DNA of 64,000 bases from NCBI GenBank assembly GCA_963814125.1, contig CAWFBR010000007.1:18506-82505 (forward strand). The letters are read 5' to 3'. The notes under the pieces are model-generated. The model had not been told where the DNA came from. It saw only the letters and a program-made list of their open reading frames with translations, and did no database searches. The position numbers and the translations under genes are program-made. This document shows, piece by piece, positions 9,588 through 19,013 of this stretch; position 1 is the first letter of the stretch, and each line of letters starts with the position of its first letter. Source of the stretch: an uncultured Chloroflexia bacterium (GTDB lineage Bacteria > Chloroflexota > Limnocylindria > Limnocylindrales > CSP1-4).

Positions 9588-9872
9588 TCAGACATGCCTA
9601 TGCAAAGGGTCGGTGTCCCCCGCGGCCTCCGGTGCGTCTGGCTCTCGCGGCCGCTCCTCCCAGCCCATCTCCTCCGCCTCATGCTTGGCGAGGTTGAGGT
9701 GCACCACCTCGTGCTCGACATTGGCGATCGCGGACGCCGGGATATAGAGGGGGGCGGCGAGCATGCCTCTCGACGCGAGCACGTAGTTCTGGCCCACGGC
9801 ATGTACGGAACCGAGAGGGCGGCCGTCATTCCCGACGATGGCCCAACCAGCCTTCAGGTCCGTCATGCGCAT
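9588..9872 (-). CDS. PRC-barrel/DUF2171-like protein
   Basis: 94 aa: MRMTDLKAGWAIVGNDGRPLGSVHAVGQNYVL. Confidence 0.5.
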   Translation of the reverse strand: MRMTDLKAGWAIVGNDGRPLGSVHAVGQNYVLASRGMLAAPLYIPASAIANVEHEVVHLNLAKHEAEEMGWEERPREPDAPEAAGDTDPLHRHV

Positions 9873-10069
9873 TGGCTATCGACCTCCGTCGGGTTCAACA
9901 GTGTCTACTCTAGTTGAACCGCGGTGGCCCGTCGCCACGGACCCAAGCTGCTCGTGGCGACTCCAGATACGTGGAGACACGCCGACACCCTCAACGAGGG
10001 CCGAGCCAATCGCCGTGCTGCCGGTCCAGTCGCTGCTAGCGGTGCGGGGTACGAACGGTCGGAGTCAGC

Positions 10070-12883
10070 ATGAGTTCCCGTAATCAACGGCCGCGGCCGG
10101 AAGGCCCGGGCGCCGCTCGCCGGAACCGTGAGCGCGCGGCGACCGATGCGATCGAAGGGCCCCAGCCCGGCTCCGACAGGCTGCAGGAGGCCTTCGTCGC
10201 CGACATGGACGACGGCGTCGCCTTCCACAGCGCGATTCGGGACGAAACCGGGCGCATCGTCGACTTTCGGGTCGAGTACGTCAACGAGGCCTTCTGTCGG
10301 ATGGTCAGACTGGCGCACGACCGGCTCGTCGGACATCGGGTCCTCGAGCTGTTCCCGACCCAGCGGGCCAAGGGAATCTTCGACATGTGCGTGCAGGTCG
10401 CCGAGACAGGCCAACCCAGCACTCGGGACTCGCTGAGGGACCAGCAGGGCCTGGGCTGGACCGACCCCGATGGCCACGCTCCGAGTGTCGACATCAGGGT
10501 CAGCAAACTCGGCGATGGCTGCGCGGTGAGAGTTCGCGACACCACAGCCCGACAACGTGCCGAGGACGAGCTGTTCGCGTCGCAGGAGATGCTGCGGTCG
10601 GTCCTCGACACCTTCCCTCAGCGCGTGTTCTGGAAGGACGAGGATTTTATCTTTGTCGGCTGCAACGCCGCCTTCGCCCGGAACGTTCACCTGGCGGATC
10701 CGTCTGAGATCGTAGGCAAGACCGACTTCGACATCCACCCGGTCGCCGACGCCGAGCTGTATCGCGCCGATGACAGGGAGATCATGCGAACTGGCACGCC
10801 GAGGATCGAGTACGAAGAGCCGATGACCCGCGCGGACGGCACGGAAGGCTGGGCGAGGACGAGCAAAGTCCCCATCAGGGACAAGGACGGCCGGGTCGTC
10901 GGCCTCCTCGGGACCTACCAGGACATCACCGACCAGAAGCGAGCGGCGGAAGCGCTCCGGGAGAGCGAGCAATTCCTGGACAGCATCATCGAGAACATCC
11001 CGGTCATGGTTTTCGTGAAGGATGCCGAGACCTTCCGTTTCGTCCGCCTCAACAAGGCCGGGGAGAGGATGCTCGGCTCCACGCGGGAGCGCCTTGTCGA
11101 TCAAGACAGCTCGGGGCTGGTGCCGCCGGATGAGGACGAGCACTTCCTCTCGTTCGATCGGCTCGTCGCCACCACCGGCCAGGTTGTGGAGATCCCGGAG
11201 GAGACCATCACCACTCCACAGCAGGGCGTAATCGTCATGCACACTATCAAGGTCCCCATCTTCGGCGACGACGGCAAACCGCGGTACGTGCTGGGGATCT
11301 CGGAGGACATCACCGCTCGCAAAGCAGCCGAACAGGGGCGCCGTGAGAGCGAAGAACGCTACCGTCACATCATCGAGTCGATCACCAACTACATAGTCAG
11401 CGTTCGGATCGAGCACGGGGTACCGGTTGGCGTCAATCACGGACAGGGCTCCGTCGCGGTCACCGGCTACACGCCCGAAGAGCTGAACGCCGATCCCGAG
11501 CTTTGGGACAGCCTGGTGGTTGCAGAGGATCGCGAACTCGTTGAGGAGAGCATGCGGCGTGTCCTGACCGGCGTGCCGATCGCGCCGGTCGAGCATCGGC
11601 TTCGCCGTAAGGACGGAGTGGTTCGCTGGGTCCGCCAGACGTTCGTACTTCGTTTCGACGCGGACGGCAGTGTGACCTCCTACGACGGACTCATCCAGGA
11701 CATAACGGAACCACGCACCCTGCAGGGCCAGCTGCTCCAGGCCCAGAAGATGGAGGGGATCGGCCGCCTGGCCGGAGGCGTGGCCCACGACTTCAACAAT
11801 CTCCTCACGGCGATCCTGGGCTATGTCGAAATGTGCCGCCAGGACCTGCCGCCAGAACTGCCGACCGACCATCCTGCCCGGCTCGACCTCCAGGAAGTGG
11901 CCGGTGCCGGAGAGCGGGCCGCCGGCCTGACCAGGCAGCTGCTGGCATTCGCCAGCCGCCAGATCGTTGCGCCCGTGCGACTGGACCTCAGCGCGTCGGT
12001 GAGCGACTCGATGAAGATGCTCCAGCGGTTGGTTGGGGACGACATCGAAATCGAGACCGCTCTCGCGTCCGACTTGCGGATCGTTTTGGCGGACCCGGGC
12101 CAGATTCAGCAGCTGCTCGTGAACCTCACCGTCAACGCCCGCGACGCGATGCCGGGCGGCGGCCGTCTGCTGATCGAAGCCGCCAACGAGCTGATCGACG
12201 CGGGATCCGCCATTGCGCATTCCGGTGCGGTGCCGGGGCCGCATGTCCTCCTGACCGTGACCGACACAGGCGAAGGGATGACCGAGGAGGTCCGCTCTCG
12301 CCTGTTCGAACCGTTCTTCACGACCAAGGAACTGGGCAAAGGGACGGGACTTGGCCTGGCGACATGCCATGGAATCGTGAGGCAACTGTCAGGCCATATC
12401 GAGGTCTACTCGGAGCCGGGCCAAGGGACGATGTTCCGAATCTACCTGCCCAGCGTCGACGGCCCGGCCGATCGTCGAGCCGATACATCGTTGGTCCCTC
12501 CGGCCTCCAACGGCACCGAGAGCGTGCTCGTCGTCGAGGATGAGCCCCGGGTCCGCCGGCTGGCAGTGCTCGGCCTGCGCGCTCGCGGGTACAGCGTTCT
12601 CGAGGCGGCCAACGGAGCCGAGGCGATCCGGGTCGCGCTTGGAGTCGGCAACACCATCGATCTGGTCGTTAGCGACGTCATGATGCCCGGCATGAGCGGC
12701 CCCGAACTCGTCCGGGAACTCTCCGCAATCGCTCCGCGGGCGCGGGCTCTGCTGATGTCCGGCCATGCGGACGCCGCACTCCTGGATGAGGTACCCGATC
12801 TTCGCCAGGCCTTCCTTCCCAAGCCGTACACGCCGGAGCGACTCGCTCGCAAGGTCCGCGAAGTCCTGGACGCGCCGGCTTAG
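10070..12883 (+). CDS. Multi-PAS hybrid sensor histidine kinase (PAS x3-4, HisKA, HATPase_c, C-terminal receiver)
   Basis: 937 aa. H-box GGVAHDFNNLLTAILGY, G-boxes (TDTGEGM, GTGLGLA) and a receiver (VLVVEDEPRVR...DLVVSDVMMPGMSG...KPY). Confidence 0.9.
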   Translation: MSSRNQRPRPEGPGAARRNRERAATDAIEGPQPGSDRLQEAFVADMDDGVAFHSAIRDETGRIVDFRVEYVNEAFCRMVRLAHDRLVGHRVLELFPTQRAKGIFDMCVQVAETGQPSTRDSLRDQQGLGWTDPDGHAPSVDIRVSKLGDGCAVRVRDTTARQRAEDELFASQEMLRSVLDTFPQRVFWKDEDFIFVGCNAAFARNVHLADPSEIVGKTDFDIHPVADAELYRADDREIMRTGTPRIEYEEPMTRADGTEGWARTSKVPIRDKDGRVVGLLGTYQDITDQKRAAEALRESEQFLDSIIENIPVMVFVKDAETFRFVRLNKAGERMLGSTRERLVDQDSSGLVPPDEDEHFLSFDRLVATTGQVVEIPEETITTPQQGVIVMHTIKVPIFGDDGKPRYVLGISEDITARKAAEQGRRESEERYRHIIESITNYIVSVRIEHGVPVGVNHGQGSVAVTGYTPEELNADPELWDSLVVAEDRELVEESMRRVLTGVPIAPVEHRLRRKDGVVRWVRQTFVLRFDADGSVTSYDGLIQDITEPRTLQGQLLQAQKMEGIGRLAGGVAHDFNNLLTAILGYVEMCRQDLPPELPTDHPARLDLQEVAGAGERAAGLTRQLLAFASRQIVAPVRLDLSASVSDSMKMLQRLVGDDIEIETALASDLRIVLADPGQIQQLLVNLTVNARDAMPGGGRLLIEAANELIDAGSAIAHSGAVPGPHVLLTVTDTGEGMTEEVRSRLFEPFFTTKELGKGTGLGLATCHGIVRQLSGHIEVYSEPGQGTMFRIYLPSVDGPADRRADTSLVPPASNGTESVLVVEDEPRVRRLAVLGLRARGYSVLEAANGAEAIRVALGVGNTIDLVVSDVMMPGMSGPELVRELSAIAPRARALLMSGHADAALLDEVPDLRQAFLPKPYTPERLARKVREVLDAPA

Positions 12884-12935
12884 GGGGTCGGGCAGCTTCC
12901 CGGGGCGCCGCGCCCCACGTCCGCTCCGAGGTCTT

Positions 12936-13451
12936 CTAGCGCCCGGTCAATTGCTCTGACGCCGCGCCTCGGGAGTCCGCGGTACGCTCCGCTAGCGTGG
13001 CGACGGGCTGGTCTTCCGGCAGAGCGCCCACGGTAAGCAGGATGTTCGCCCACCAGCGCTGATCGCCGCTGACGATGACGAGGGCCAGGTCGGTAGAGCT
13101 GGTGGCGGCGTAGAAGTCGAAGCGCGGAAGGTGTGTTACAGGGGTCTCGGGTCCGAGCATTCCCGCCACCTCGCTCTGGACGGGCGGCAGGCTGCCGTCC
13201 TCGGGCTCCATGAACGCGACGCTCTCGATCGGCAGCACGGGCATCAGCGCGGCCAGGATCTCGGTAACGCTGACGATGCCCGGGCACAAGTTCAGGTAGA
13301 CGCGGCGGGCGCGAGGGTTCGGTGCGGTCAGGCTCGGGTAGTTGCCGTCGCTGATCAGGACCAGCGAGCCGTGGCCGGCCGACCCGATGCTCTCGAGGAT
13401 CTGGGGGTGGATTAGGCTTGTTCGAAGCATCGAGCGTCCCTCCTGCGACAT
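12936..13451 (-). CDS. RbsD/FucU family sugar mutarotase (D-ribose pyranase / L-fucose mutarotase)
   Basis: MLRTSLIHPQILESIGSAGHGSLVLISDGNYP, typical of RbsD/FucU. Last gene of a 4-gene operon. Confidence 0.8.
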   Translation of the reverse strand: MSQEGRSMLRTSLIHPQILESIGSAGHGSLVLISDGNYPSLTAPNPRARRVYLNLCPGIVSVTEILAALMPVLPIESVAFMEPEDGSLPPVQSEVAGMLGPETPVTHLPRFDFYAATSSTDLALVIVSGDQRWWANILLTVGALPEDQPVATLAERTADSRGAASEQLTGR

Positions 13452-13472
13452 CCACGGGGCATAAACAGGCGT

Positions 13473-14333
13473 CTAGAAACCCCTCAATTGTGTACTGGTC
13501 CGGCGCGGCAGCCCGGGGTGGGGCCGTCGCCTGAGAACGACGTAGTCCAGGCCGCGAGCACGGCAGAAGTCGCGCTTTTCCGGCTCATCGCCATCCTCGT
13601 TGACCACGTACGTCTGCGGCGCGATCGAAGCGATCTCGGGCTCCGCGTCCATCCATCCGCTCCCGGTGGAGATGAGCGCCCGGTGGACCTGGCGGACAGC
13701 CTGGACCATATAACGCCGCTCGTCCTGGCCGTGAAACGGGTGCCCGTCGCCCTTGAGCAGGCGTACGTTTCGGTCGCTTCCAACGACCACGTACAGTTCC
13801 CCCATCGAGGCGGCCTCCCGGAAGAACTCCACATGGCCCGAGTGCAGCCAATCGAAACACCCCGTGACGATCACGCGTGGTTCTCGCGGCGAACTGACGC
13901 CGACCTCAATATGGGCGCCGGCCTCCACGGAGGCCGGGAAGATGCGCAGCTGATCGGAGCCGAGCTCTAGGTATGGAATGGCTGCCCTCTCGCAGCCACG
14001 TCGAATGGCGTCTGTGCCGGCGTCCTCTGCTGCGACGACCGCGCCGGGGCGAGCGCCCTGAACGGGCTGCGTAGCTGCCTCCAGCGACGAGACGAGACTT
14101 ACGCTTTCTACGTACCGTATGTTCTCGAGGAAGAAGCGCCGCTCAGCCTCGGGGAAGTCCGGCTTCCGGCCGGCAGTGGACTCGATCAGGTCGTCGGTCC
14201 ACAGCCTGACGTGCACCTTCCCGGAACGTGCCGCTTCTTCGAGCAGGCGCACGTCGACTGACCGGAGATCCTGGAAGCCGGCGCAGACGACCACGGGACT
14301 CCGGGCATCCAGGCTGGCTGATGGAATTGGCAT
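13473..14333 (-). CDS. Tandem cytidylyltransferase-fold (CTP_transf_like / RfaE-domain-II-like) protein; putative sugar-1-phosphate nucleotidyltransferase
   Basis: Internal ATG 1 nt after the GHMP kinase stop. Two (T/H)xGH-type nucleotidyltransferase halves (VVVCAGFQDL... and VIVTGCFDWLHSGHVEFFREAASMGELYVVVGSDRNVRLLKG). Confidence 0.7.
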   Translation of the reverse strand: MPIPSASLDARSPVVVCAGFQDLRSVDVRLLEEAARSGKVHVRLWTDDLIESTAGRKPDFPEAERRFFLENIRYVESVSLVSSLEAATQPVQGARPGAVVAAEDAGTDAIRRGCERAAIPYLELGSDQLRIFPASVEAGAHIEVGVSSPREPRVIVTGCFDWLHSGHVEFFREAASMGELYVVVGSDRNVRLLKGDGHPFHGQDERRYMVQAVRQVHRALISTGSGWMDAEPEIASIAPQTYVVNEDGDEPEKRDFCRARGLDYVVLRRRPHPGLPRRTSTQLRGF

Positions 14334-14334
14334 C

Positions 14335-15195
14335 TCAGGCTCGAACACTGACCCTAAATGACCCGGGCACATCCTCCTCCGACGCGACGACGAGGTAGCC
14401 TCCACCGCAGCCGGAGAACATCGCGCCCGGATACGCCGACTGATATGCCGTGAGTATCTTCTTCAGGTCGAGCTTGATCGTCGGGTGGGCGAGCGTGTCG
14501 GGCAGGATCTGGTCCCAGGCCGTCGAGCATTCGACCATCGAGGCGCCGAGCGCCGCGACGTCGTTGCGCACGATCGCGTCGTAGCAGTCCCAACCGCTCC
14601 GCCCCAGCCGCCGGATCCACCCCGGATCGAGCCGCCTAGTGCCGAGCGGAGCGTAGCCCGGTGGGCGGGGCCCAACGGGGATCAGATGGAGCACTCGCTC
14701 CAGCCAGCCAATGGTCGCGTGGTCCGAGGTGGACTCGATGTGGCATGGGAAGTAGCCGTCGTCTACCGCGGCGTCGTAATCGAGCCGGCTAATGCCGGGC
14801 ACGATCAGCCCAATCATGTCCTGCGAGCCGGACGGCTCGGCGAGCGTCTTGTTCTCGGCCTCGTACAACTCGCGAATGAGGTCGGCGGGATCGCCGTCCG
14901 GAAGCGTGGCGCCCCAGAGAGCTTGGGCCGCTAGCCGTGTGCCCGTCGCCATGCCGCTGCGGTCCATGAACCGGACCGTCGGTTCCAGCGAAACCACAAC
15001 CATCGAGCCGGGCGGCTCGGGGTTGCGCGACGACACGAAGGGCTGGTCGATCCAGCCTCCTGCGAGGGCGAGACGATACGGCCATCCGCCGATGACGTCA
15101 CGGAGAGTTGGGAGGTCAGGTTTCGGCCGGCGCGGGAAGGGGGACGCGCCGGCCGAAACCTGTGAGGGGTTTTGCCGGGCCGAGGGCAAGTCCAT
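14335..15195 (-). CDS. GHMP-family sugar kinase (anomeric sugar-1-kinase-like)
   Basis: 286 aa. C-terminal GAMFSGCGGGYLVVASEE GHMP motif. Sits 3 nt after the epimerase stop. Confidence 0.7.
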   Translation of the reverse strand: MDLPSARQNPSQVSAGASPFPRRPKPDLPTLRDVIGGWPYRLALAGGWIDQPFVSSRNPEPPGSMVVVSLEPTVRFMDRSGMATGTRLAAQALWGATLPDGDPADLIRELYEAENKTLAEPSGSQDMIGLIVPGISRLDYDAAVDDGYFPCHIESTSDHATIGWLERVLHLIPVGPRPPGYAPLGTRRLDPGWIRRLGRSGWDCYDAIVRNDVAALGASMVECSTAWDQILPDTLAHPTIKLDLKKILTAYQSAYPGAMFSGCGGGYLVVASEEDVPGSFRVSVRA

Positions 15196-15198
15196 CGA

Positions 15199-16257
15199 TC
15201 AGCCCACTGCCACGGTCTGCCCAGCCTTCCGCGCCGCATATTCGCCGGCGATCCACTTGTACGTGGCCGCCATGCCTTCGCGAAGCGGAGTGCGCGGTTC
15301 CCAGCCGAGGACACTCTCGATGAACGTGTTGTCGCTGTTGCGGCCTGCGACGCCCTTCGGTGCGTCGAGCTGGTAGTGACGCTCGAGTTCGATGCCGGCG
15401 ATCTCCTCGACGATCGAGACGAGTTCGTTGATCGACACCAGCTCGCTCGAGCCGAGGTTGATCGGCGTGGCGATCAGGTCCTTGGAGTGCATGATCTTGT
15501 CGATGCCGACGATGCAGTCGTCGATATAGCAGAAGCTCCGCGTTTGCGTCCCATCGCCCCAGATATCGATCTTGTGGACGCCCGAATCAAGCGCCTCGAT
15601 GACCTTCCGGCACATCGCCGCCGGAGCCTTCTCGCGGCCACCGTCCCAGGTCCCGTACGATCCATAGATGTTGTGGAACCGGGCGATGTGGGTCTCGAGA
15701 CCGCGCTCCGCCCAGTACTCCTGGCAGAACATCTCGGAGATCAGCTTCTCCCAGCCGTAGCCGCGTTCCGCCATCGCCGGGTACGCATCCGACTCCTTGA
15801 GGGCGACGACCTCCGGGCTCTTCTGCAGGTCGGTGTTGTACGCACAGGCCGAGGACGAGAAGAAGTAGCGCCTGGCGCCGGCGCGGTAGGAAGCCTCGAT
15901 CATGTTCGTATTGATGAGGACGCTCCGAAGGCATTCGACGCGGAAGCGCTCGATGAAGCCCATCCCGCCCATGTCGGCGGCGAGGTTGTACACCTCAGTC
16001 GCGCCCTCCACGGCGTGGATCGCGTTCCGCTCCTTGCTGAGGTCCATCGAGATGCATTCGACGCCCGGGACTCGCTGGTACCACTCAGGCAACGGCTTGC
16101 GATCGATCGCACGGATCCGTCGATAGCCCAGGTTGTGGAAGTAGCGAGCAAGGGAGCCGGCGATGAATCCACCGGCGCCCGAGATCACGATCAGGTCGTC
16201 GGGACTCGTGTCGCGGGCAACGTCCGCTCCGAGGATCGCGCCAGCGCCATCGCCCAT
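15199..16257 (-). CDS. NAD-dependent nucleotide-sugar epimerase/dehydratase (SDR)
   Basis: Start chosen at MGDGAG. Rossmann motif VISGAGGFIAGSL and YxxxK-type SDR body. The track ORF extends to 16434 with a non-protein-like N-terminal extension. Confidence 0.8.
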   Translation of the reverse strand: MGDGAGAILGADVARDTSPDDLIVISGAGGFIAGSLARYFHNLGYRRIRAIDRKPLPEWYQRVPGVECISMDLSKERNAIHAVEGATEVYNLAADMGGMGFIERFRVECLRSVLINTNMIEASYRAGARRYFFSSSACAYNTDLQKSPEVVALKESDAYPAMAERGYGWEKLISEMFCQEYWAERGLETHIARFHNIYGSYGTWDGGREKAPAAMCRKVIEALDSGVHKIDIWGDGTQTRSFCYIDDCIVGIDKIMHSKDLIATPINLGSSELVSINELVSIVEEIAGIELERHYQLDAPKGVAGRNSDNTFIESVLGWEPRTPLREGMAATYKWIAGEYAARKAGQTVAVG

Positions 16258-16417
16258 GTTCAGTACCGCCTTTCGTGTCGCCGTGACGCCGGCTCGCGGT
16301 CGTACCTCTCGTCCATATCCGAGGTAGGAGGTTTCGCCGGCGCGGTTCGTTATCTGCAGACGTTCCCGGCGACTTCGCGGAAGTGCGCACTCCGGGCGAC
16401 GTGCTGGTATCGTTATC

Positions 16418-16433
16418 TGTGGTAACGGTACCA
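16418..16433. promoter_or_regulatory. Putative LacI-type operator TGTGGTAACGGTACCA, with adjacent GGTATCGTTATC module
   Basis: Near-palindrome (half-sites TGGTAAC / GGTACCA). The same 16-mer recurs at 21310 and a variant at 21715. Confidence 0.45.
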
Positions 16434-16723
16434 CCTGACGGCAAGATAGCAGAGCGAGCCACGTCAGGCAAGCGGTAGTTCCGGAGGCCTGTCACGGCGA
16501 CGAGGGCCGGTGCGCCGTCCGACGCCGCCACCACCCGCACGTCCGAACCGCCACCACCCGCAGTGTCGTTTCGGCATTCTCCAGTCGGGGAAGATAGGTA
16601 CCATCTCAACGGACACGCGACGAAGCCTCCCCTGTGCGCCAGGGTAACCTCCATCTGGCGAGCAGCCGCCAGGCACGGCGGAGCCTTACGTCGGGCTATC
16701 GATTTGGACTGGATACTGACCTG

Positions 16724-17740
16724 ATGGCAACCATCACTGAAGTCGCACAGCGCGCGGGCGTGTCGGCCATGACCGTCTCTCGCGTCGTCAACCGATCCGG
16801 CTACGCCAGCCCCGCGACGCGGGCGAAAGTCGAGCAGGCAATTGAGCAGCTTGGGTACGTTCCGAACGCCGTTGCCCGCCAGCTGCGTTCAAAGCGGAGC
16901 CACACGATCGCCCTGGTCGTGTCGGACATCACGAACCCCTTCTTCACGACCATCGCCCGCGGCGTCGAGGATGCGGCGGCCGCGCGCGGCTACGCTGTGA
17001 TGTTCGCCAATACGGATGAGTCGGAACGCGAGGAGATCGACTACCTTCGGATGCTCGCGCAGCGCCAGATCGACGGGGTCCTTCTTGTCCCTGCCGGGAA
17101 TTCCGCGGCGCCGTTCCGACTGCTGCAGCGCCAGGGGATCCCGGTTGTTGTGATCGACCGCCGCGTGGTCGCTCGCAAGGTCGACGAGGTCCGGTGCGAC
17201 TCCGAAGCGGGTGCCTACGAGTTGGTGCGCCACCTCATCGAGCTCGGACACACCCGCATCGCGGTCATCACCGGTCGACGGAACATCTCGACGTCCACCG
17301 ACCGGGTTGTAGGGTATGAACGAGCGCTCCAAGAAGCCGGGTTGCCGGTGTTGCCTGATCTCGTGACATACGACAGCTTCAGTCTCGAGGGCGGCTACCG
17401 GCAGGTGAACCAGATCCTGGCGAACAGGCCCAGGCCGACGGCGATATTCGCGACCAACAACTTCCTCGCCTTCGGGGCGCTGCGCGCCCTGCGCGAAGCG
17501 GGCTTGCGAATACCCGATGACGTCTCGCTCGTGACCTTCGACGATCTGCCGGCCGAGTGGCACGACGATCCCTTCATCACGGTCCTGGCCCAGCCCGCCT
17601 ACGAGCTCGGGCGTCATGCAACCGAATTGCTGTTGGATCGGCTCGCTGGTGGGCCCCGGACCAAACGGCAGGTCATCGTGCTGCCCGGCGAGCTCATCAC
17701 CCGCAGATCCAGCGGCCCGCCGCCCACCTCCCCAGTCTGA
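16724..17740 (+). CDS. LacI family transcriptional regulator
   Basis: MATITEVAQRAGVSAMTVSRVVN HTH and a periplasmic-binding-protein-like effector domain. Confidence 0.9.
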   Translation: MATITEVAQRAGVSAMTVSRVVNRSGYASPATRAKVEQAIEQLGYVPNAVARQLRSKRSHTIALVVSDITNPFFTTIARGVEDAAAARGYAVMFANTDESEREEIDYLRMLAQRQIDGVLLVPAGNSAAPFRLLQRQGIPVVVIDRRVVARKVDEVRCDSEAGAYELVRHLIELGHTRIAVITGRRNISTSTDRVVGYERALQEAGLPVLPDLVTYDSFSLEGGYRQVNQILANRPRPTAIFATNNFLAFGALRALREAGLRIPDDVSLVTFDDLPAEWHDDPFITVLAQPAYELGRHATELLLDRLAGGPRTKRQVIVLPGELITRRSSGPPPTSPV

Positions 17741-17762
17741 CCGTCCGACCCGCCGGGCACTT

Positions 17763-18998
17763 TCAGAATCGACGGACGCTCGGGTCGGAACCGCGACCAT
17801 GGTCCGAAGCCACAACCTCCGGTGGTTCGACGCTGGAGAGCCGACCGAAATGCGGTTCCGATGCGAACCGTCGCCCGGAACCCGGGATGAGCAGCGCCGC
17901 CAGGAGCAACACCGAGACCGCGCCGAGCACTGCCGATATCGTGTAGAGGGCCCGGATCGAGAGAATGCCCGCCAGCTCCCCGCCGAGCCCGGCTCCGATG
18001 ATCGCAGCCAGACTGGACACCGTGGCGTACAGAAGGCCCTGAGCCGTGGCCGCAGTTCCCTGGGGCGCCTCCCGCGAGACGTAGGCGGCGCTGCCGACAA
18101 GCAGGAGGCCATAACCCAGGCCTTGCAGCAGGGAGAAGCCAACGAGCAGGTCCGGCGACGTGAATGCGGCGTTCGCGATCTGGCGGCCGACGATGATGGC
18201 CATTCCGATCACGATCAGGCGTTCAGTTCCATACCGGCGAGCCAGCAGTGGAAACAGAACCATTGCCGGCACCTCGAGCAGTGTCTGGCAGCTCCAGAGA
18301 TAGCCGACCTCGTTGCTGGAGGCCCCCTGGTTCCGCAGGTAGATCGAGATGAACGGGCTTTGCATCGACATCGCTATGAAGCCCACCAGCGCGGCCGCCA
18401 GGAAATACAGGATCGGTCGATGGGAAAGCACCACGCGCGTGGCGTTGCCCGCGCCAATGGGTCTGATGGCGCTGGATCTGGTCGGCAAGAGCAACGTCGA
18501 CAGACCCGCGAGGGCCATCGCCGGGATCATGATCCAGAACAGACCGGCGTAGTTTTGACCGATCCACCAGCCCACGAGCGGCGTAGACACCATGAAGCCG
18601 AGCGAGCCGAAGACCCGGACGCTCGCGAAACGCGACCGATCCGAGGCCGTCATGTGCAGGATCCGGACGTCGATCATCGGTTGAAGCCCCGATAGTCCGC
18701 CGGCGAACAAGCAGATGGCGGGGAGCAGCCACAGGCTGGCGCCCGATGCCCCCATTGCCAGCCCGCCGGTCGCGGTTACCAGTCCGGCCAGGACGATGAG
18801 CGTCCTCGATCCGGGGTTGCGGTCGTGGAGCAAGCCCCAGAGTGGCGCTGCGAGGAGGGCGACCAGCGACATGGATCCCGTCAGGAGGCCGATGTCGGCG
18901 AGGGTGATGCCGATGCTGTTGTAGTAGAGCTGCAGATATGGCGCGTAGGCCCCCACCCCAAACGCCATGACGAAGTAGGAGAATCGAGCTCGATTCAA
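17763..18998 (-). CDS. MFS transporter
   Basis: 411 aa with 12 predicted TM helices. MFS motif GxLxDRxG (GLLHDRNPGSR). Confidence 0.85.
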   Translation of the reverse strand: MNRARFSYFVMAFGVGAYAPYLQLYYNSIGITLADIGLLTGSMSLVALLAAPLWGLLHDRNPGSRTLIVLAGLVTATGGLAMGASGASLWLLPAICLFAGGLSGLQPMIDVRILHMTASDRSRFASVRVFGSLGFMVSTPLVGWWIGQNYAGLFWIMIPAMALAGLSTLLLPTRSSAIRPIGAGNATRVVLSHRPILYFLAAALVGFIAMSMQSPFISIYLRNQGASSNEVGYLWSCQTLLEVPAMVLFPLLARRYGTERLIVIGMAIIVGRQIANAAFTSPDLLVGFSLLQGLGYGLLLVGSAAYVSREAPQGTAATAQGLLYATVSSLAAIIGAGLGGELAGILSIRALYTISAVLGAVSVLLLAALLIPGSGRRFASEPHFGRLSSVEPPEVVASDHGRGSDPSVRRF

Positions 18999-19013
18999 CC
19001 AGTCACTCCAAGG

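Noticed and set aside
9905-12385. 826-aa minus-strand ORF
   Set aside because: Entirely antisense to the well-supported hybrid histidine kinase. Arg/Gly/Asp-rich, low-complexity translation typical of the spurious opposite-strand frames that stay open in high-GC DNA.
16889-18142. 417-aa minus-strand ORF and 359-aa plus-strand ORF (17616-18695)
   Set aside because: These overlap the LacI and MFS transporter genes in wrong frames or strands. The LacI HTH and the MFS TM pattern are decisive.
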